Below, piece by piece: positions 19,132 to 29,037 of a stretch of DNA of 64,000 bases. Under the pieces are notes generated by a model that did not search any database, was not told the origin of the DNA, and saw only the letters and a program-made list of their open reading frames with translations. This DNA is from Cenarchaeum sp. (lineage in GTDB: Archaea; Thermoproteota; Nitrososphaeria; Nitrososphaerales; Nitrosopumilaceae): contig OY843768.1 in NCBI GenBank assembly GCA_963693095.2, positions 1,504,001 to 1,568,000 on the forward strand, given 5' to 3'. A program made the position numbers and the translations under genes. The stretch's first letter is position 1, and each line of letters opens with the position of its first letter.

Positions 19132-20980
19132 CCCGTCTACCTCGTTCAACCAGATATCGCCAAGCGAGTTCTTTTACAGGAACCGTGACCTAGCCGGATT
19201 CAGCAACCCAACGCGCTCGCTCTACACGGCAGTCAGGGAGTTCGTCGAGAACTCCCTTGACGCGTGTGACCGCAGCGGGACTCTGCCAAATGTCCACCTC
19301 TCGATAAAGGCAGTCAACGCCGAGAGCGCAGACCCACGGCACTATACGCTCACAGTGACTGACAATGGGCCGGGAATCCCCTCAAAGCACGTGCCCCTCG
19401 CGTTTGGAACCGTCCTCTATGGCTCAAAGTTTGTCCTCCAGCAGACTCGCGGGATGTTTGGCCTCGGCGCGACAATGGCAATACTGTACGGCCAGATAAC
19501 GACAAACAGCGCCGTGCGCGTAAAGAGCTCGACAGACGGAGAGACGCGCGACGAGTACGAGATGCTCCTCGACATACAAAAGAACAAGCCCGTCATACAA
19601 AAGCACGTAAAGGTGCCGACAAAGGCAAGGGGCCTGAGTGTGAGCATTCGCCTCGAGGGCGATTACACAAAGGCTGGCGCCAAGATACGCGACTATGTCC
19701 ACAAGACTGCCCTCATCACGCCTTATGCGACGCTGACGTTTGATGACCCAAAGGGCAAGAGGTACTCGTACCCGCGAATAATAAAGTCAATGCCGCTCCC
19801 TCCGACGATCATCATGCCGCACCCCTATGGCGTGGATGTGGAGACTATACGGCGCATGGTCGTCGAGAGCATGGTCGGCATCCCCACGATGGACGAGAAG
19901 ATGATGGCCCGGCTGCGCCGCGAGCTAAAGGTAAAGACGCTGACGCGTGATGCGGTCCTCAAGGCGGCCAAGCGCAGGTGGAAGGACATTACGCGCAACA
20001 CGAGGATCGCAGTTGCGCTAGTGGCGATCCTCGAGATCGAGCCTGCCCGCCTAGACAGGATACGCGTCGAGGACATCAACATCGCGCGCGGCGAGATCAC
20101 GTACTGGGACTTTACGGCATCAAAGTCAGTCAGCGTGAGGCTAGACCCCGAGGGCGACTATTACTCGCAACTGACGCACATGGTCCAGGGCGAGACGCTA
20201 GTCTCGATGCTCACAAAGAGGTTCCAGCGCGTGGGGCGCAAGACGGCAGAAAAGTTTGCCGCGTTTGCCGGATTCAAGCCAGAGTCCCGCCTCGGAAACA
20301 TGTCCAACACGGACCTCGTAAAGCTTAGCGACGCGCTCCAAAAGTTCACCGAGTTCAAGCCTCCGGATCCCCAGTGCCTCGCTCCGCTCGGCGACGTTCC
20401 CCTCGAGCGCGGCATAAGGCGGTCGCTAAACCCCGACTTTTGCGCCGTCGTCCAGAGGCCAGCCTCGGCGTACTCGGGGTTTCCCTTTGTCATCGAGCTT
20501 GGGGTCGCGTACGGCGGCGACGTGCCAACTGACGGGCCAAAGGTCTATAGGTACGCCAACCGCATACCGCTCCTATATGACGAGGGCAGCGACGTTGTCC
20601 TAAAGGTCATCGGGGACATTGACTGGCCACGCTACAAGATAAAGGGGGATCCCCCGCTCGTCATAGTCTCGCACATATGCTCAACGCGCATACCCTACAA
20701 GACTGTCGGAAAGGAGAATGTCGCCGACCGCGCCGAGATAGAGCGCGAGCTTCGACTCGCGCTCCAGTATCTTTTGCGCAAGCTTGCGACATACATGTCA
20801 AAGAAGGGACAGGCCGAGAATGCGCGCAGGCGAGCAGACCTCTACACAAAGTACATTCCGCTCGTCGCGCAGTTTTGCACCGAGCTGGCCGGAAAAAAGA
20901 AAAAGCCCGCATACGAGCAGATGCTAAAGGAGACGCGCGCAGGCCTCGATGAGCAGGGCGGGCCTGCCCCACCTGCCTAG
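19124..20980 (+). CDS. top6B: DNA topoisomerase VI subunit B
   Basis: SPSEFFYRN, REFVENSLDA, DNGPGI, GSKF..QTRGMFGLG and RYANRIPLLY motifs. Confidence 0.97.
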   Translation: MSSPSTSFNQISPSEFFYRNRDLAGFSNPTRSLYTAVREFVENSLDACDRSGTLPNVHLSIKAVNAESADPRHYTLTVTDNGPGIPSKHVPLAFGTVLYGSKFVLQQTRGMFGLGATMAILYGQITTNSAVRVKSSTDGETRDEYEMLLDIQKNKPVIQKHVKVPTKARGLSVSIRLEGDYTKAGAKIRDYVHKTALITPYATLTFDDPKGKRYSYPRIIKSMPLPPTIIMPHPYGVDVETIRRMVVESMVGIPTMDEKMMARLRRELKVKTLTRDAVLKAAKRRWKDITRNTRIAVALVAILEIEPARLDRIRVEDINIARGEITYWDFTASKSVSVRLDPEGDYYSQLTHMVQGETLVSMLTKRFQRVGRKTAEKFAAFAGFKPESRLGNMSNTDLVKLSDALQKFTEFKPPDPQCLAPLGDVPLERGIRRSLNPDFCAVVQRPASAYSGFPFVIELGVAYGGDVPTDGPKVYRYANRIPLLYDEGSDVVLKVIGDIDWPRYKIKGDPPLVIVSHICSTRIPYKTVGKENVADRAEIERELRLALQYLLRKLATYMSKKGQAENARRRADLYTKYIPLVAQFCTELAGKKKKPAYEQMLKETRAGLDEQGGPAPPA

Positions 20981-22056
20981 CCCATGAGATCCCTTATTGC
21001 GAGAAGTAGCCTCGAGTTTGCCTCGTGCGTGCCTATCGTCGCGCGCATGCACCCCGTGCGCCCGCCGACCTTGCCGATCATGCGAACCGATATTCCCTGC
21101 TCGGCGAGTGCGGTGTGAACCTGCCTGTGCGCTCTGCCCGCATCAAAGAGGACAAAGTTTGCCTGCGAGTCAAACGCGTCGATCGCATCATGCGAGGAGA
21201 GGGCGCGCGTCACGCGATCCCTCTCAGATATGGTCACCTTCACGGCATCCCTCATGGCCGCTAGGCTCCCGCCATCGAGTGATGCTATCGCCGCCTCTAT
21301 TGAGACTGATGAGACGGGGTAGGGGTACTGGAGTGTTGAGCCAAATGGGCCGGCTATCTCGCGCGGCGCGATCGCATAACCGACGCGCAGGCCCGCTAGG
21401 CCAAAGGACTTTGACATTGTTCTCACGACGATCAGGTTCTCCTGCGAGCGGGCCATGGTCGCAAGCGAATAGCGCGCAAACTCGGCGTATGCCTCATCAA
21501 CGATAACTAGGCCGTCAAATGACCTGACAAGCCGGCGCAGCCGGCGCTCGGGAAACTGGAATCCCGTGGGATTGTTTGGCGAGTCGAGGTATATCGCATC
21601 GGCCTTGTGCGCGGCCTCCTCGATGGCGTCCATGTCGACAGTCATGTCGTGCCCAAAGGGGACGCGGTCCATGCGCATGCCGTGGAGGGCGCAGCGAGCC
21701 TCAAAGAAGGAGAACGTCGGCTCTGTGACGAGTATTCTCGAGCGGCGCGCGAGGAGGTGGGAGACGGCGAGGTCGAGTATCTGATCAGAGCCGTTTCCGA
21801 CGATAATGTTCTCGGCAGGCACGCCGACGTGGCCGGCGAGGGCGGCGGCGAGGCGCGCAGCACCGCCGTCCGGATACTCTCGCACGTCAGTCGCGCGGCG
21901 CGCAACTCCGAGTGCGGCCTGCGGGACTGCCTTTGGGATGACGAGGTTCTCGTTTGTGTCAAGCCTTGCAGTCGTTCCCTGCGGGCGGCTCGCCGGCGTG
22001 TACGAGCCGGTCTGGCGTATTGCGTCGATGCGCTTGGCGAGTGCGGCGCGGCTCAG
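20977..22056 (-). CDS. hisC: Histidinol-phosphate aminotransferase (probable CTG start)
   Basis: LDTNEN, REYP, GNGSDQ, SPNNPTG, VDEAY and RTMSKSFGLAGLRVGY motifs. The frame stays open upstream of GTG 21885 to CTG 22056, which overlaps the hisD stop. Confidence 0.92.
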   Translation of the reverse strand: MSRAALAKRIDAIRQTGSYTPASRPQGTTARLDTNENLVIPKAVPQAALGVARRATDVREYPDGGAARLAAALAGHVGVPAENIIVGNGSDQILDLAVSHLLARRSRILVTEPTFSFFEARCALHGMRMDRVPFGHDMTVDMDAIEEAAHKADAIYLDSPNNPTGFQFPERRLRRLVRSFDGLVIVDEAYAEFARYSLATMARSQENLIVVRTMSKSFGLAGLRVGYAIAPREIAGPFGSTLQYPYPVSSVSIEAAIASLDGGSLAAMRDAVKVTISERDRVTRALSSHDAIDAFDSQANFVLFDAGRAHRQVHTALAEQGISVRMIGKVGGRTGCMRATIGTHEANSRLLLAIRDLMG

Positions 22057-23336
22057 CGCAGGCGCCCCCTGACTGCCGCAGAGTGTGCCGGGAGACCCTC
22101 GGCTGCGGCTAGCACGTCAATGTGCGGCATTATCTCGCGCAGCGCGGCGCGCGAGGCGCGCGCAGACACACGCAGCTTTACAAAGTCGATCACCGAGAGC
22201 GGGCCGCGCGCGCGGCCGCCACGGCCGGTGGGGAGTATGTGGTTTGAACCGAGCGCATAGTCGCTTGCCGCCGATGGCGTGTCACCGAGGAGAACCATGC
22301 CAGCCGAGCGCACGCTAGTCGCATCGCGCGCAGCCGAGCGCGTCATGACCTGCACGTGCTCGGGAGCCATGAGATCCGCGAGGCGCAGCGCATCGGCGCG
22401 TGACTTGCAGACTGCGATAAACGCGTTCTTTGAGAGGCTTGCCCTGATGATCGTCGAGCGGGCCGACGAGGCGACGGTGTTGGCTAGGAGTTCTGCGACT
22501 TGGCGCGCGAGGCGTTCAGAGTCAGTTGCCAAAAAGCAGCGCGCATCGCCGCTGTGCTCGGCCTGTGAGACGAGGTCGAGCGCTATGTGGCGTGGGGAGG
22601 CCGACGAGTCAGCAACGATGCCAAGCTCTGTCGGGCCGGCAGTCATGTCTATTGCAGTTGTGCCCGAGACGAGCGACTTTGCCGCAGCGACGTATGGGCC
22701 GCCGGGACCGACAATCTTGTCGACTGGCCGGATCGTGCGCGTGCCGTGGGCCATGGCCGCTATCGCCTGCGCGCCGCCCATGCGATAGATCTCCGTGGCC
22801 CCACAGATGTCGGCGGCCACAAGCGTGAGCGCGTCGATCTCGCCGTCACGGGCCGGCGGCGAGGCCACTGCTATGCGGGGCACGCCGGCGACGCGAGCGG
22901 GGACTATGGACATTATGGCCGAGCTCGGGTAGCGGGCAGCACCGCCGGGCACATAGCATCCGACGCTCTGGAGTGGAACAAACTCGCGCCGGACGTGCGC
23001 GCCGGCCGTGCTCGTCGTGCCTGCGCGCAGGAGCCTCCTTGTTGCCGCCTCGGCGGCACCTAGGCGCGAGGCCACGGCGCGGATTGCCGCAATCTCGCGT
23101 CTAGACACGCGCGCGTGCGCGGCTCGAACCTGCGCGCGCGTGACCTTGAGGGCAGTTGGCCGCGCGGCCCCAAACTTGCGCTCATAGCGCATGATGGCCG
23201 CATCGCCCCCACGTGCCACGCCGGCCACTATGGACGAGACATCATGCTCGAGGCGCGCGCTGCGCGGCGTAGGCCATGCGCGTGCCGCAAAGCGCCCAAC
23301 ATCAGGGACGGCGCGCACGGCCACTGGCGGGCGCAT
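22053..23336 (-). CDS. hisD: Histidinol dehydrogenase
   Basis: GCYVPGG, GGAQAIAA, DKIVGPG, AGPTE, QAEH, APEH and GSNHILPT motifs. Confidence 0.96.
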   Translation of the reverse strand: MRPPVAVRAVPDVGRFAARAWPTPRSARLEHDVSSIVAGVARGGDAAIMRYERKFGAARPTALKVTRAQVRAAHARVSRREIAAIRAVASRLGAAEAATRRLLRAGTTSTAGAHVRREFVPLQSVGCYVPGGAARYPSSAIMSIVPARVAGVPRIAVASPPARDGEIDALTLVAADICGATEIYRMGGAQAIAAMAHGTRTIRPVDKIVGPGGPYVAAAKSLVSGTTAIDMTAGPTELGIVADSSASPRHIALDLVSQAEHSGDARCFLATDSERLARQVAELLANTVASSARSTIIRASLSKNAFIAVCKSRADALRLADLMAPEHVQVMTRSAARDATSVRSAGMVLLGDTPSAASDYALGSNHILPTGRGGRARGPLSVIDFVKLRVSARASRAALREIMPHIDVLAAAEGLPAHSAAVRGRLR

Positions 23337-23339
23337 GTG

Positions 23340-24365
23340 CTATCGCCCCTTTTTTGCGCGTCGGCCGGCACGTGGGCGCCGGCGGGCAGGCTCGTGGTCA
23401 GTCTCGGCGCGGCTAATCTCCTCGAGCTCGAGTATCTGGCGCGGCTCGTGGACGACAAGACCCTGCGCGAGACGGCGAACCTTTGGGATTAGCGCGTGGT
23501 ACTCGGATTTTTTGACGACGGTATTGACGCCATACCAGCCATCCTCGCCGAGCGGGCTGATGGTCGGGCGTTTTAGTGACGGAATCGCCGCAAGGAGCCT
23601 GGCCAGGTTGCGCTTTTCGACGTTTAGGTACACGTGAAGGTACTTTTTGCCGTGAACCGCACCGCGCAGCATGGTCACAATGTCAAATATCTTTTCGCGC
23701 TTTTTTGCATCGCGCATCGAGTCGCGGTTTGCTATGAGGTGCGCCGTGGACACCAGGACGTCATCGCCTATCTTTAGCTTGTTCTGCGTCAGCGTCGTGC
23801 CCGTCTCGGTGACATCAAGTATCGCATCAACGTCCTCAGGCGGCTTTGCCTCAGTTGCCCCAAACGACAGGTGTATCTGGACGGCCTTGTTGGTGCCAGT
23901 TCGCAGCCACGGCGTGACTATTAGGGGCTCGCGCGAGCCAAAGCGCCTCTTGTATGATGCGCACGACTTTACAAACCGCGCCGTGGTTGTGAGATACTCA
24001 GTCGATATGCGCAGCGTGCGCCCCTTTTTTGCATAGTTGGCAATCATCGAGTCAAGTCCGGCGTACCGCGAATTTGGGAACGCAGTGACTAGGCGAACGC
24101 GCCCGTACTCTAGGTCAAGGAGCTCCTCGACGTCGGCTCGCGCCTCACCGACCCAGTCGTTGCCCGTGATTCCAACGTCATAGAGGCCCTCGGCCACGAG
24201 TGTGGGGATCTCTTGCGGGCGCAGCATCTTTACTGTTATCTGCGGGTCATCAAGGTATACCCTGTACGTGCGGTCCTTGCGCCTCACGCAGGTCCACGCG
24301 CGCTCGAGGAGGCGAAACGTCGAGTCCTCTAGGCTCCCCTTTGGTATGGCAAGTCTTACGGCCAT
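23340..24365 (-). CDS. hisG: ATP phosphoribosyltransferase (long form)
   Basis: LAIPKGSL, RPQEIP, DVGITG, GATEAKPP, DVTETGTTL and PTISPL motifs. Confidence 0.96.
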   Translation of the reverse strand: MAVRLAIPKGSLEDSTFRLLERAWTCVRRKDRTYRVYLDDPQITVKMLRPQEIPTLVAEGLYDVGITGNDWVGEARADVEELLDLEYGRVRLVTAFPNSRYAGLDSMIANYAKKGRTLRISTEYLTTTARFVKSCASYKRRFGSREPLIVTPWLRTGTNKAVQIHLSFGATEAKPPEDVDAILDVTETGTTLTQNKLKIGDDVLVSTAHLIANRDSMRDAKKREKIFDIVTMLRGAVHGKKYLHVYLNVEKRNLARLLAAIPSLKRPTISPLGEDGWYGVNTVVKKSEYHALIPKVRRLAQGLVVHEPRQILELEEISRAETDHEPARRRPRAGRRAKKGR

Positions 24366-24424
24366 CGGCGCCACGGCGATGCGGGCAGCTATATATCTAG
24401 TGCACAGGCTCAACGTTGTGCGCG

Positions 24425-25693
24425 CTAGGCTCCGGCACTGCGGGCAGTGCCGAGTATCTCCCTGGCGCGACCCTCCGATATGTCGCCCTCCTCGACCATC
24501 TGTTTGGCAATGGCCGCGGCGCGATCGGGCCGTGCGCCGGCCGCAATGGCAAGATTTCTCGCATGGAGGCGCATGTGGCCTGCCTGTATTCCCGTAGTCA
24601 CTAGCGCGCGCATTGCCGAATAGTTCTGCGCGAGGCCCGCGGCGGCCATGATGCACGCAAGGTCACCTGAGGAGGAGACATGCATGATCTTTGCGCAAAC
24701 GCGCGCAGTCGCATGAATCCCCGATATGCCGCCGACTATTCCGACTGCGAGTGGGATCTCGAGGCGTCCGGCGAGGTTCCCGTCATCATCAACTGACCAC
24801 TCGCTCAGTGACGAGTACGTGCCGCCGCGTGCTGCGTGCGCATGGGCCGCGGCCTCGATCGCGCGCACGTCCTGGCCCACTGCCGAGGCGACTGCCACAA
24901 TGCCGTTCATGATCCCCTTGTTGTGCGTTACTGCGCGATACATGTCGTGCTTTGCGAGCTGGTAGGCAAGTATCATGTCATTTACCGTGCCACTGCCCCC
25001 AACCTCGGACTTTTCAAACACGGCAGACACGCTCACCGTGCGCCGTGCCGAATAGTTTGAGAGGATTCGCATTAACGCACGACCCCGCGTTGCGTCCTCG
25101 ATCACCGGTGCGGCGGCCTCGCACATTGAGTTTGTCGCATTGGCGCCCATTGCGTCACCGACATCGACGTCAATCTCGACGACTAGCTGTTCAGGGCCGT
25201 CGGTCTTGACGCGCCTGCACGAGACGGACTTTGCGCCGTGGCCAAGTCGCGGAAGCGTGCGGCTCGCCGAGTTTGCCGCATCGAGGATTGCCTCGGCGGC
25301 ATCGGCGACCCTCGCCTCGGCATCACTCGCATAGTCGCCAGTCACCTGGATCTGCCCGATCATGTGGGCGTCGCCGGCATTCGCGCTAAACCCGCCTGTT
25401 GCGCGCGCAGCCTTTGCGCCGCGCGAGGCCGCCGCGACAACAGAGGACTCTTCGGTGGCCATTGGGACGATCACGTCGCGCGAGTTGACCACAAAGTTCG
25501 TCGCCATGCCAAGCGGAACCCCAAACGTGCCGACGGCATTCTCGACCATCGAGTCGGCCTCGCCAAACGCAATCCCGCCGGCGCCTGACAGGACCGCAAT
25601 GTCCGCATCATCGAGTGAGGCGGCCTCGCGGAGCGCTGCGAGGCGCTCGTCGCGATCCCTCCTAAAGAATCCCGGCAGTGACGAGCCGGCCAT
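24425..25693 (-). CDS. mvaA: Class II HMG-CoA reductase
   Basis: ENAVG, PMATEESSVVAA, DAMGAN, THNKGIMNG, GLAQN and GIQAGHMRLH motifs. Confidence 0.93.
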   Translation of the reverse strand: MAGSSLPGFFRRDRDERLAALREAASLDDADIAVLSGAGGIAFGEADSMVENAVGTFGVPLGMATNFVVNSRDVIVPMATEESSVVAAASRGAKAARATGGFSANAGDAHMIGQIQVTGDYASDAEARVADAAEAILDAANSASRTLPRLGHGAKSVSCRRVKTDGPEQLVVEIDVDVGDAMGANATNSMCEAAAPVIEDATRGRALMRILSNYSARRTVSVSAVFEKSEVGGSGTVNDMILAYQLAKHDMYRAVTHNKGIMNGIVAVASAVGQDVRAIEAAAHAHAARGGTYSSLSEWSVDDDGNLAGRLEIPLAVGIVGGISGIHATARVCAKIMHVSSSGDLACIMAAAGLAQNYSAMRALVTTGIQAGHMRLHARNLAIAAGARPDRAAAIAKQMVEEGDISEGRAREILGTARSAGA

Positions 25694-25694
25694 G

Positions 25695-26783
25695 CTAGCG
25701 GATGACCTCCAGGAGGCGGTCATCGTCGTCGTCGGCAAACCCGCCCGAGTCGGTGTTTGACGTGATCGCATAGAGCGCGCCATCAGGTCCGCCGGCCACG
25801 TCACGCATACGGCCAAGGCCGCCGAGAACCGTGCCCTGCTCACCGGTCTCAAGGTCAATTGCGTGTATCGTTCCGGCGCGCAGCGCGGCGACTATCACGC
25901 GGCCCTCCTCACCTAGCGCGCCGCCGCCATACACTGCAATGCCGCCGATTCCAAGTGCGGGATCAAAGCACGCAGCAGCGCCCGTGTGCGACGTGCCTGC
26001 GCACTCCTCCTCAGGCCACCCGTGGTTGGCACCGGCCTCGACAATGTTGAGCTCGTCGTTCTTTGTCGGTCCGGCATCAGCCACTATCATGCGCCCGTCG
26101 ACATCCCACGAGATCCCGCGCACGTCGCGAAATCCCGACGCATAGACTGGTGAGCCGGCCACGGGGTTGCCATCTGGCACTGACCCGTCCGGATGCACGC
26201 GCAGTATCTTGCCGGCTAGCGAGTCCGCATTTTGCGCAAGGCCCGATGAGTCAGACGTCGAGCCAGTTCCGACATACAGCATGCCGTCCGGCCCGACGGC
26301 GAGTGCGCCGCCATTGGAAAAGTTAGAGCCGGGTATCTGCTCAATTACGGTGCCCACGTCAGAGGCCCTGTTGTCGTCCTCGCGTATCCACATCACCCTG
26401 TTCCAGAGCTCGCCGGCCTCCTCGTATGTGACATACGCGTAGAGTGTCACGCCGCTGCCCTGTTCTGCATGCGCGGCAAGGCCCACGAGTCCGGCATCAT
26501 GCGAGCCGGCCGCGCGGAGCGTGATTAGCGGGCGCTCAAGCAGCGCTCCGTCCTCAACAACCCTGATCGCACCGTCCCTCTCTGCGACAAAGACGCGCTC
26601 GGCGTGCGCGGCAATTGCGCGCGGCTCGTCTAGGCCGGATGCGAGAACCACAACAGAGTCGCTGCCCTCCTCCAGCGTCGTCGTGGGGGGCGGCAGCGGC
26701 ACGCCCTGTGAGGGCGAGAGGAGTATCACCACCGAGACTGCCACGGCGCCGGCGATTCCGGCAATCCTGAGTCGCCTGTCCAT
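25695..26783 (-). CDS. PQQ-dependent glucose/sorbosone dehydrogenase-like beta-propeller, membrane-anchored
   Basis: GGALAVGPDGMLYVGTG, LAGKILR, GSVPDGNP, DELN..GANHGWP and GRMRDV..GPDGALY motifs. Confidence 0.88.
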   Translation of the reverse strand: MDRRLRIAGIAGAVAVSVVILLSPSQGVPLPPPTTTLEEGSDSVVVLASGLDEPRAIAAHAERVFVAERDGAIRVVEDGALLERPLITLRAAGSHDAGLVGLAAHAEQGSGVTLYAYVTYEEAGELWNRVMWIREDDNRASDVGTVIEQIPGSNFSNGGALAVGPDGMLYVGTGSTSDSSGLAQNADSLAGKILRVHPDGSVPDGNPVAGSPVYASGFRDVRGISWDVDGRMIVADAGPTKNDELNIVEAGANHGWPEEECAGTSHTGAAACFDPALGIGGIAVYGGGALGEEGRVIVAALRAGTIHAIDLETGEQGTVLGGLGRMRDVAGGPDGALYAITSNTDSGGFADDDDDRLLEVIR

Positions 26784-26931
26784 CGTCGAGCCGCTGGCGC
26801 GCGTGCGCTCCTATTAATCCCACGCCGTGGGTCGCTGCGCGTTTGCGCGTTAATATATGGGAATTTGGTCACGCACGCGCCATGAGCAGGACGTGCCCAC
26901 ATGCGTGGCTTTTGTGCAGGTGTCATGCGCG

Positions 26932-28014
26932 TTGAGCGCAAAGCGTGACTATTACGAGGTTTTGGGCGTCTCGCGCGATGCGCAGCCCGAGGAGGTAAAG
27001 AGGCAGTACAGAAAGCTCGCGCTAAAGTTCCACCCTGACAGGAACAAGTCAGCTGACGCACAGGAGCACTTTAAGGAGATATCTGAGGCGTATGCCGTAA
27101 TATCTGACAAGAAAAAGCGCCAGATATACGACACGCGCGGCCACGCGGGCTTGGACGGCCAGTACGGCAGCGAGGACATGTTTGGCGGAACCAGCTTTTC
27201 TGACATGTTTTCCAACGCTAACTTTTCTGACTTGTTTGGCGGTGGTAGGGGAGGCTCGGTGTTTGAGTCGTTCTTTGGCGGCGGGGGTGGCGAGCCGGAG
27301 CGCGGCAACGATCTCCTCTGTGAGGTGGCCATGACCCTAGAGGACGTCCTGAACGGCAAGAAGGTCGAGCTCGACATCAAAAAGGACGTAGAGTGCGACT
27401 CGTGCCACGGTTCTGGCTCTAGTGACGGGAAGCGCGAGACGTGCTCGACATGTGGCGGGCACGGAAGGGTTCAGTATTCAAGGCAGTCCGGATTTGCGTC
27501 ATTTGTCACGGTGGGCCCGTGCAGGGCATGTGGCGCATCCGGAAAGATCGTAAAGAGCCCATGCAAGAAATGCTCCGGGAAAGGCAAGAGGAGCGGCACA
27601 CGCCACGTGAGTCACCTCATCCCGCCGGGAACTGTAGATGAAGACTATCGCCTAAAGGGCGAGGGCGAGTATGTCCCCGGTGGCCAGAGCGGCGACCTCG
27701 TCTTTCGCGTCAGTGTCAGGCAGCATGAGCACTTTGTGCGCGAGGGGGCAGACCTTGTCCATGTGCTTGACGTGTCGATGGTCGATGCGGCACTCGGCTG
27801 CAAGGTTGACGTGCCGACGCTAAACGGAACAAGGTCGATCAGCGTGCCGGCTGCAAGCCAGTATGGCCAGACCGTGACTGTCAGGGGCGAGGGCCTGCCC
27901 ACCGGATACGGCGGCATGCGCGGTGACCTGCTCGTAAAGCTCAGAGTCACCGTGCCAAAAAAGCTCACAAAGGACCAAAAGCGCATCCTCGAGGAGTTTC
28001 GAGAGAAGCGCTAG
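26932..28014 (+). CDS. dnaJ: Chaperone DnaJ
   Basis: [13 protein letters not shown]-rich region and four CxxCxGxG motifs. Confidence 0.96.
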   Translation: MSAKRDYYEVLGVSRDAQPEEVKRQYRKLALKFHPDRNKSADAQEHFKEISEAYAVISDKKKRQIYDTRGHAGLDGQYGSEDMFGGTSFSDMFSNANFSDLFGGGRGGSVFESFFGGGGGEPERGNDLLCEVAMTLEDVLNGKKVELDIKKDVECDSCHGSGSSDGKRETCSTCGGHGRVQYSRQSGFASFVTVGPCRACGASGKIVKSPCKKCSGKGKRSGTRHVSHLIPPGTVDEDYRLKGEGEYVPGGQSGDLVFRVSVRQHEHFVREGADLVHVLDVSMVDAALGCKVDVPTLNGTRSISVPAASQYGQTVTVRGEGLPTGYGGMRGDLLVKLRVTVPKKLTKDQKRILEEFREKR

Positions 28015-28184
28015 TCGCCGTGCGAGATGCGCAGCTCTATCTCGTGGCCCTCGCGGACGTGCGAGTTGTGCTGGGAACGTATGACCTCCCCTATGCGCTC
28101 GTCCGTATAGTATTTCCGGTTATATCGGCCGATGACTCGCTCGCACTCCCTGCAGTATATGATCCGGTACTCTGTTGCGGCCAT
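28011..28184 (-). CDS. 57-aa putative zinc-binding protein
   Basis: Manual translation: [57 protein letters not shown] (CxxC...H..H...GH); TTTTTAA about 27 nt upstream. Confidence 0.75.
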   Translation of the reverse strand: MAATEYRIIYCRECERVIGRYNRKYYTDERIGEVIRSQHNSHVREGHEIELRISHGD

Positions 28185-28249
28185 CGTCGTGTGCGGGTGT
28201 GGCGTGCGGGTTAAAAACGCACTTATTCGGGCCGGCTAGCGGTGCGCGC

Positions 28250-28337
28250 GCGGGGGTCGCCCAGCCCGGTCAAAGGCGTAAGGTTCAGGTCCTTATCTCT
28301 TAGGAGTTCGTGGGTTCGAATCCCACCCTCCGCACCA
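28250..28337 (+). tRNA. tRNA-Leu(CAG), with encoded CCA
   Basis: Acceptor GCGGGGG/CCTCCGC, anticodon arm TAAGG-TT CAG GT-CCTTA, long variable arm, GGTTCGAATCC. Confidence 0.96.
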
Positions 28338-28436
28338 TTATTGCCAGCCATGGGGGGCCGGTGCGCACCCTGTCGCACGGCACGCACGCTTGTTTTATTA
28401 CCCCACGCGCCCCGACGCGGGGGCATGGGAGGCGGC

Positions 28437-28649
28437 ATGGGCACGCGCGAGCTGCTCTACAAGGGCTCGGCCATCGGGGCGATGATAACTGCGCCCTCGC
28501 TTGCCGCGTTTGCGCTCGTGTGGGGATACACCGATGACATGGCACTCGCCGCCGGCGTTGCCGCCGCTGCCCACGTTGGTGCCCTCGTCGTGGCATTCAA
28601 GGTCGCAAAGAGGTTCCTCATCAAGCGCACGACGCCGGAGGGCCGATAG
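28437..28649 (+). CDS. Small two-TM membrane protein
   Basis: MGTRELLYKGSAIGAMITAPSLAAFALVW...; TTTTATTA upstream. Confidence 0.7.
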   Translation: MGTRELLYKGSAIGAMITAPSLAAFALVWGYTDDMALAAGVAAAAHVGALVVAFKVAKRFLIKRTTPEGR

Positions 28650-28653
28650 GCCG

Positions 28654-29037
28654 ATGCGCACGCATGAGGACGTTGAGCGCATACTCTCCAGGGAGATCGG
28701 CCTCGAGGAAATCCGCTCGCGCATGTACGTTCTCATCGCAACGCATGGCGCAATGGATGCGGCCGGCCTGGCCGGCGAGCTTGGTGTCAGCGAGGCCGAG
28801 GCGCTCGAGGCGGCACGCGCACTCGTCGCCCTAGGCGGCCTTATCGACTATGGCAACGGCAAGTTTGAGTCGATGCACCCGCGCTTTTCGATCGTAAACA
28901 TGTACAGAAAGGCAAGCATCGCGCGCGGGCAAGAGCCGCCGCGCAACAAGTCCATCGACAATGCCGGAGCTGCCCTAGAGAAGGACTATGACCATGCAAG
29001 GGCTAAATATGGCGCACGTGGGGGCGAGGCACAGTGA
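28654..29037 (+). CDS. TrmB-like winged-helix protein
   Basis: MYVLIATHGAMDAAGLAGELGVSEAEALEAARALVALGG HTH; FESMHPRF. Confidence 0.75.
   Translation: MRTHEDVERILSREIGLEEIRSRMYVLIATHGAMDAAGLAGELGVSEAEALEAARALVALGGLIDYGNGKFESMHPRFSIVNMYRKASIARGQEPPRNKSIDNAGAALEKDYDHARAKYGARGGEAQ

Noticed and set aside
26932-28014. dnaJ without adjacent dnaK/grpE
   Set aside because: A second stand-alone dnaJ is ordinary for this group as far as I recall; not informative.
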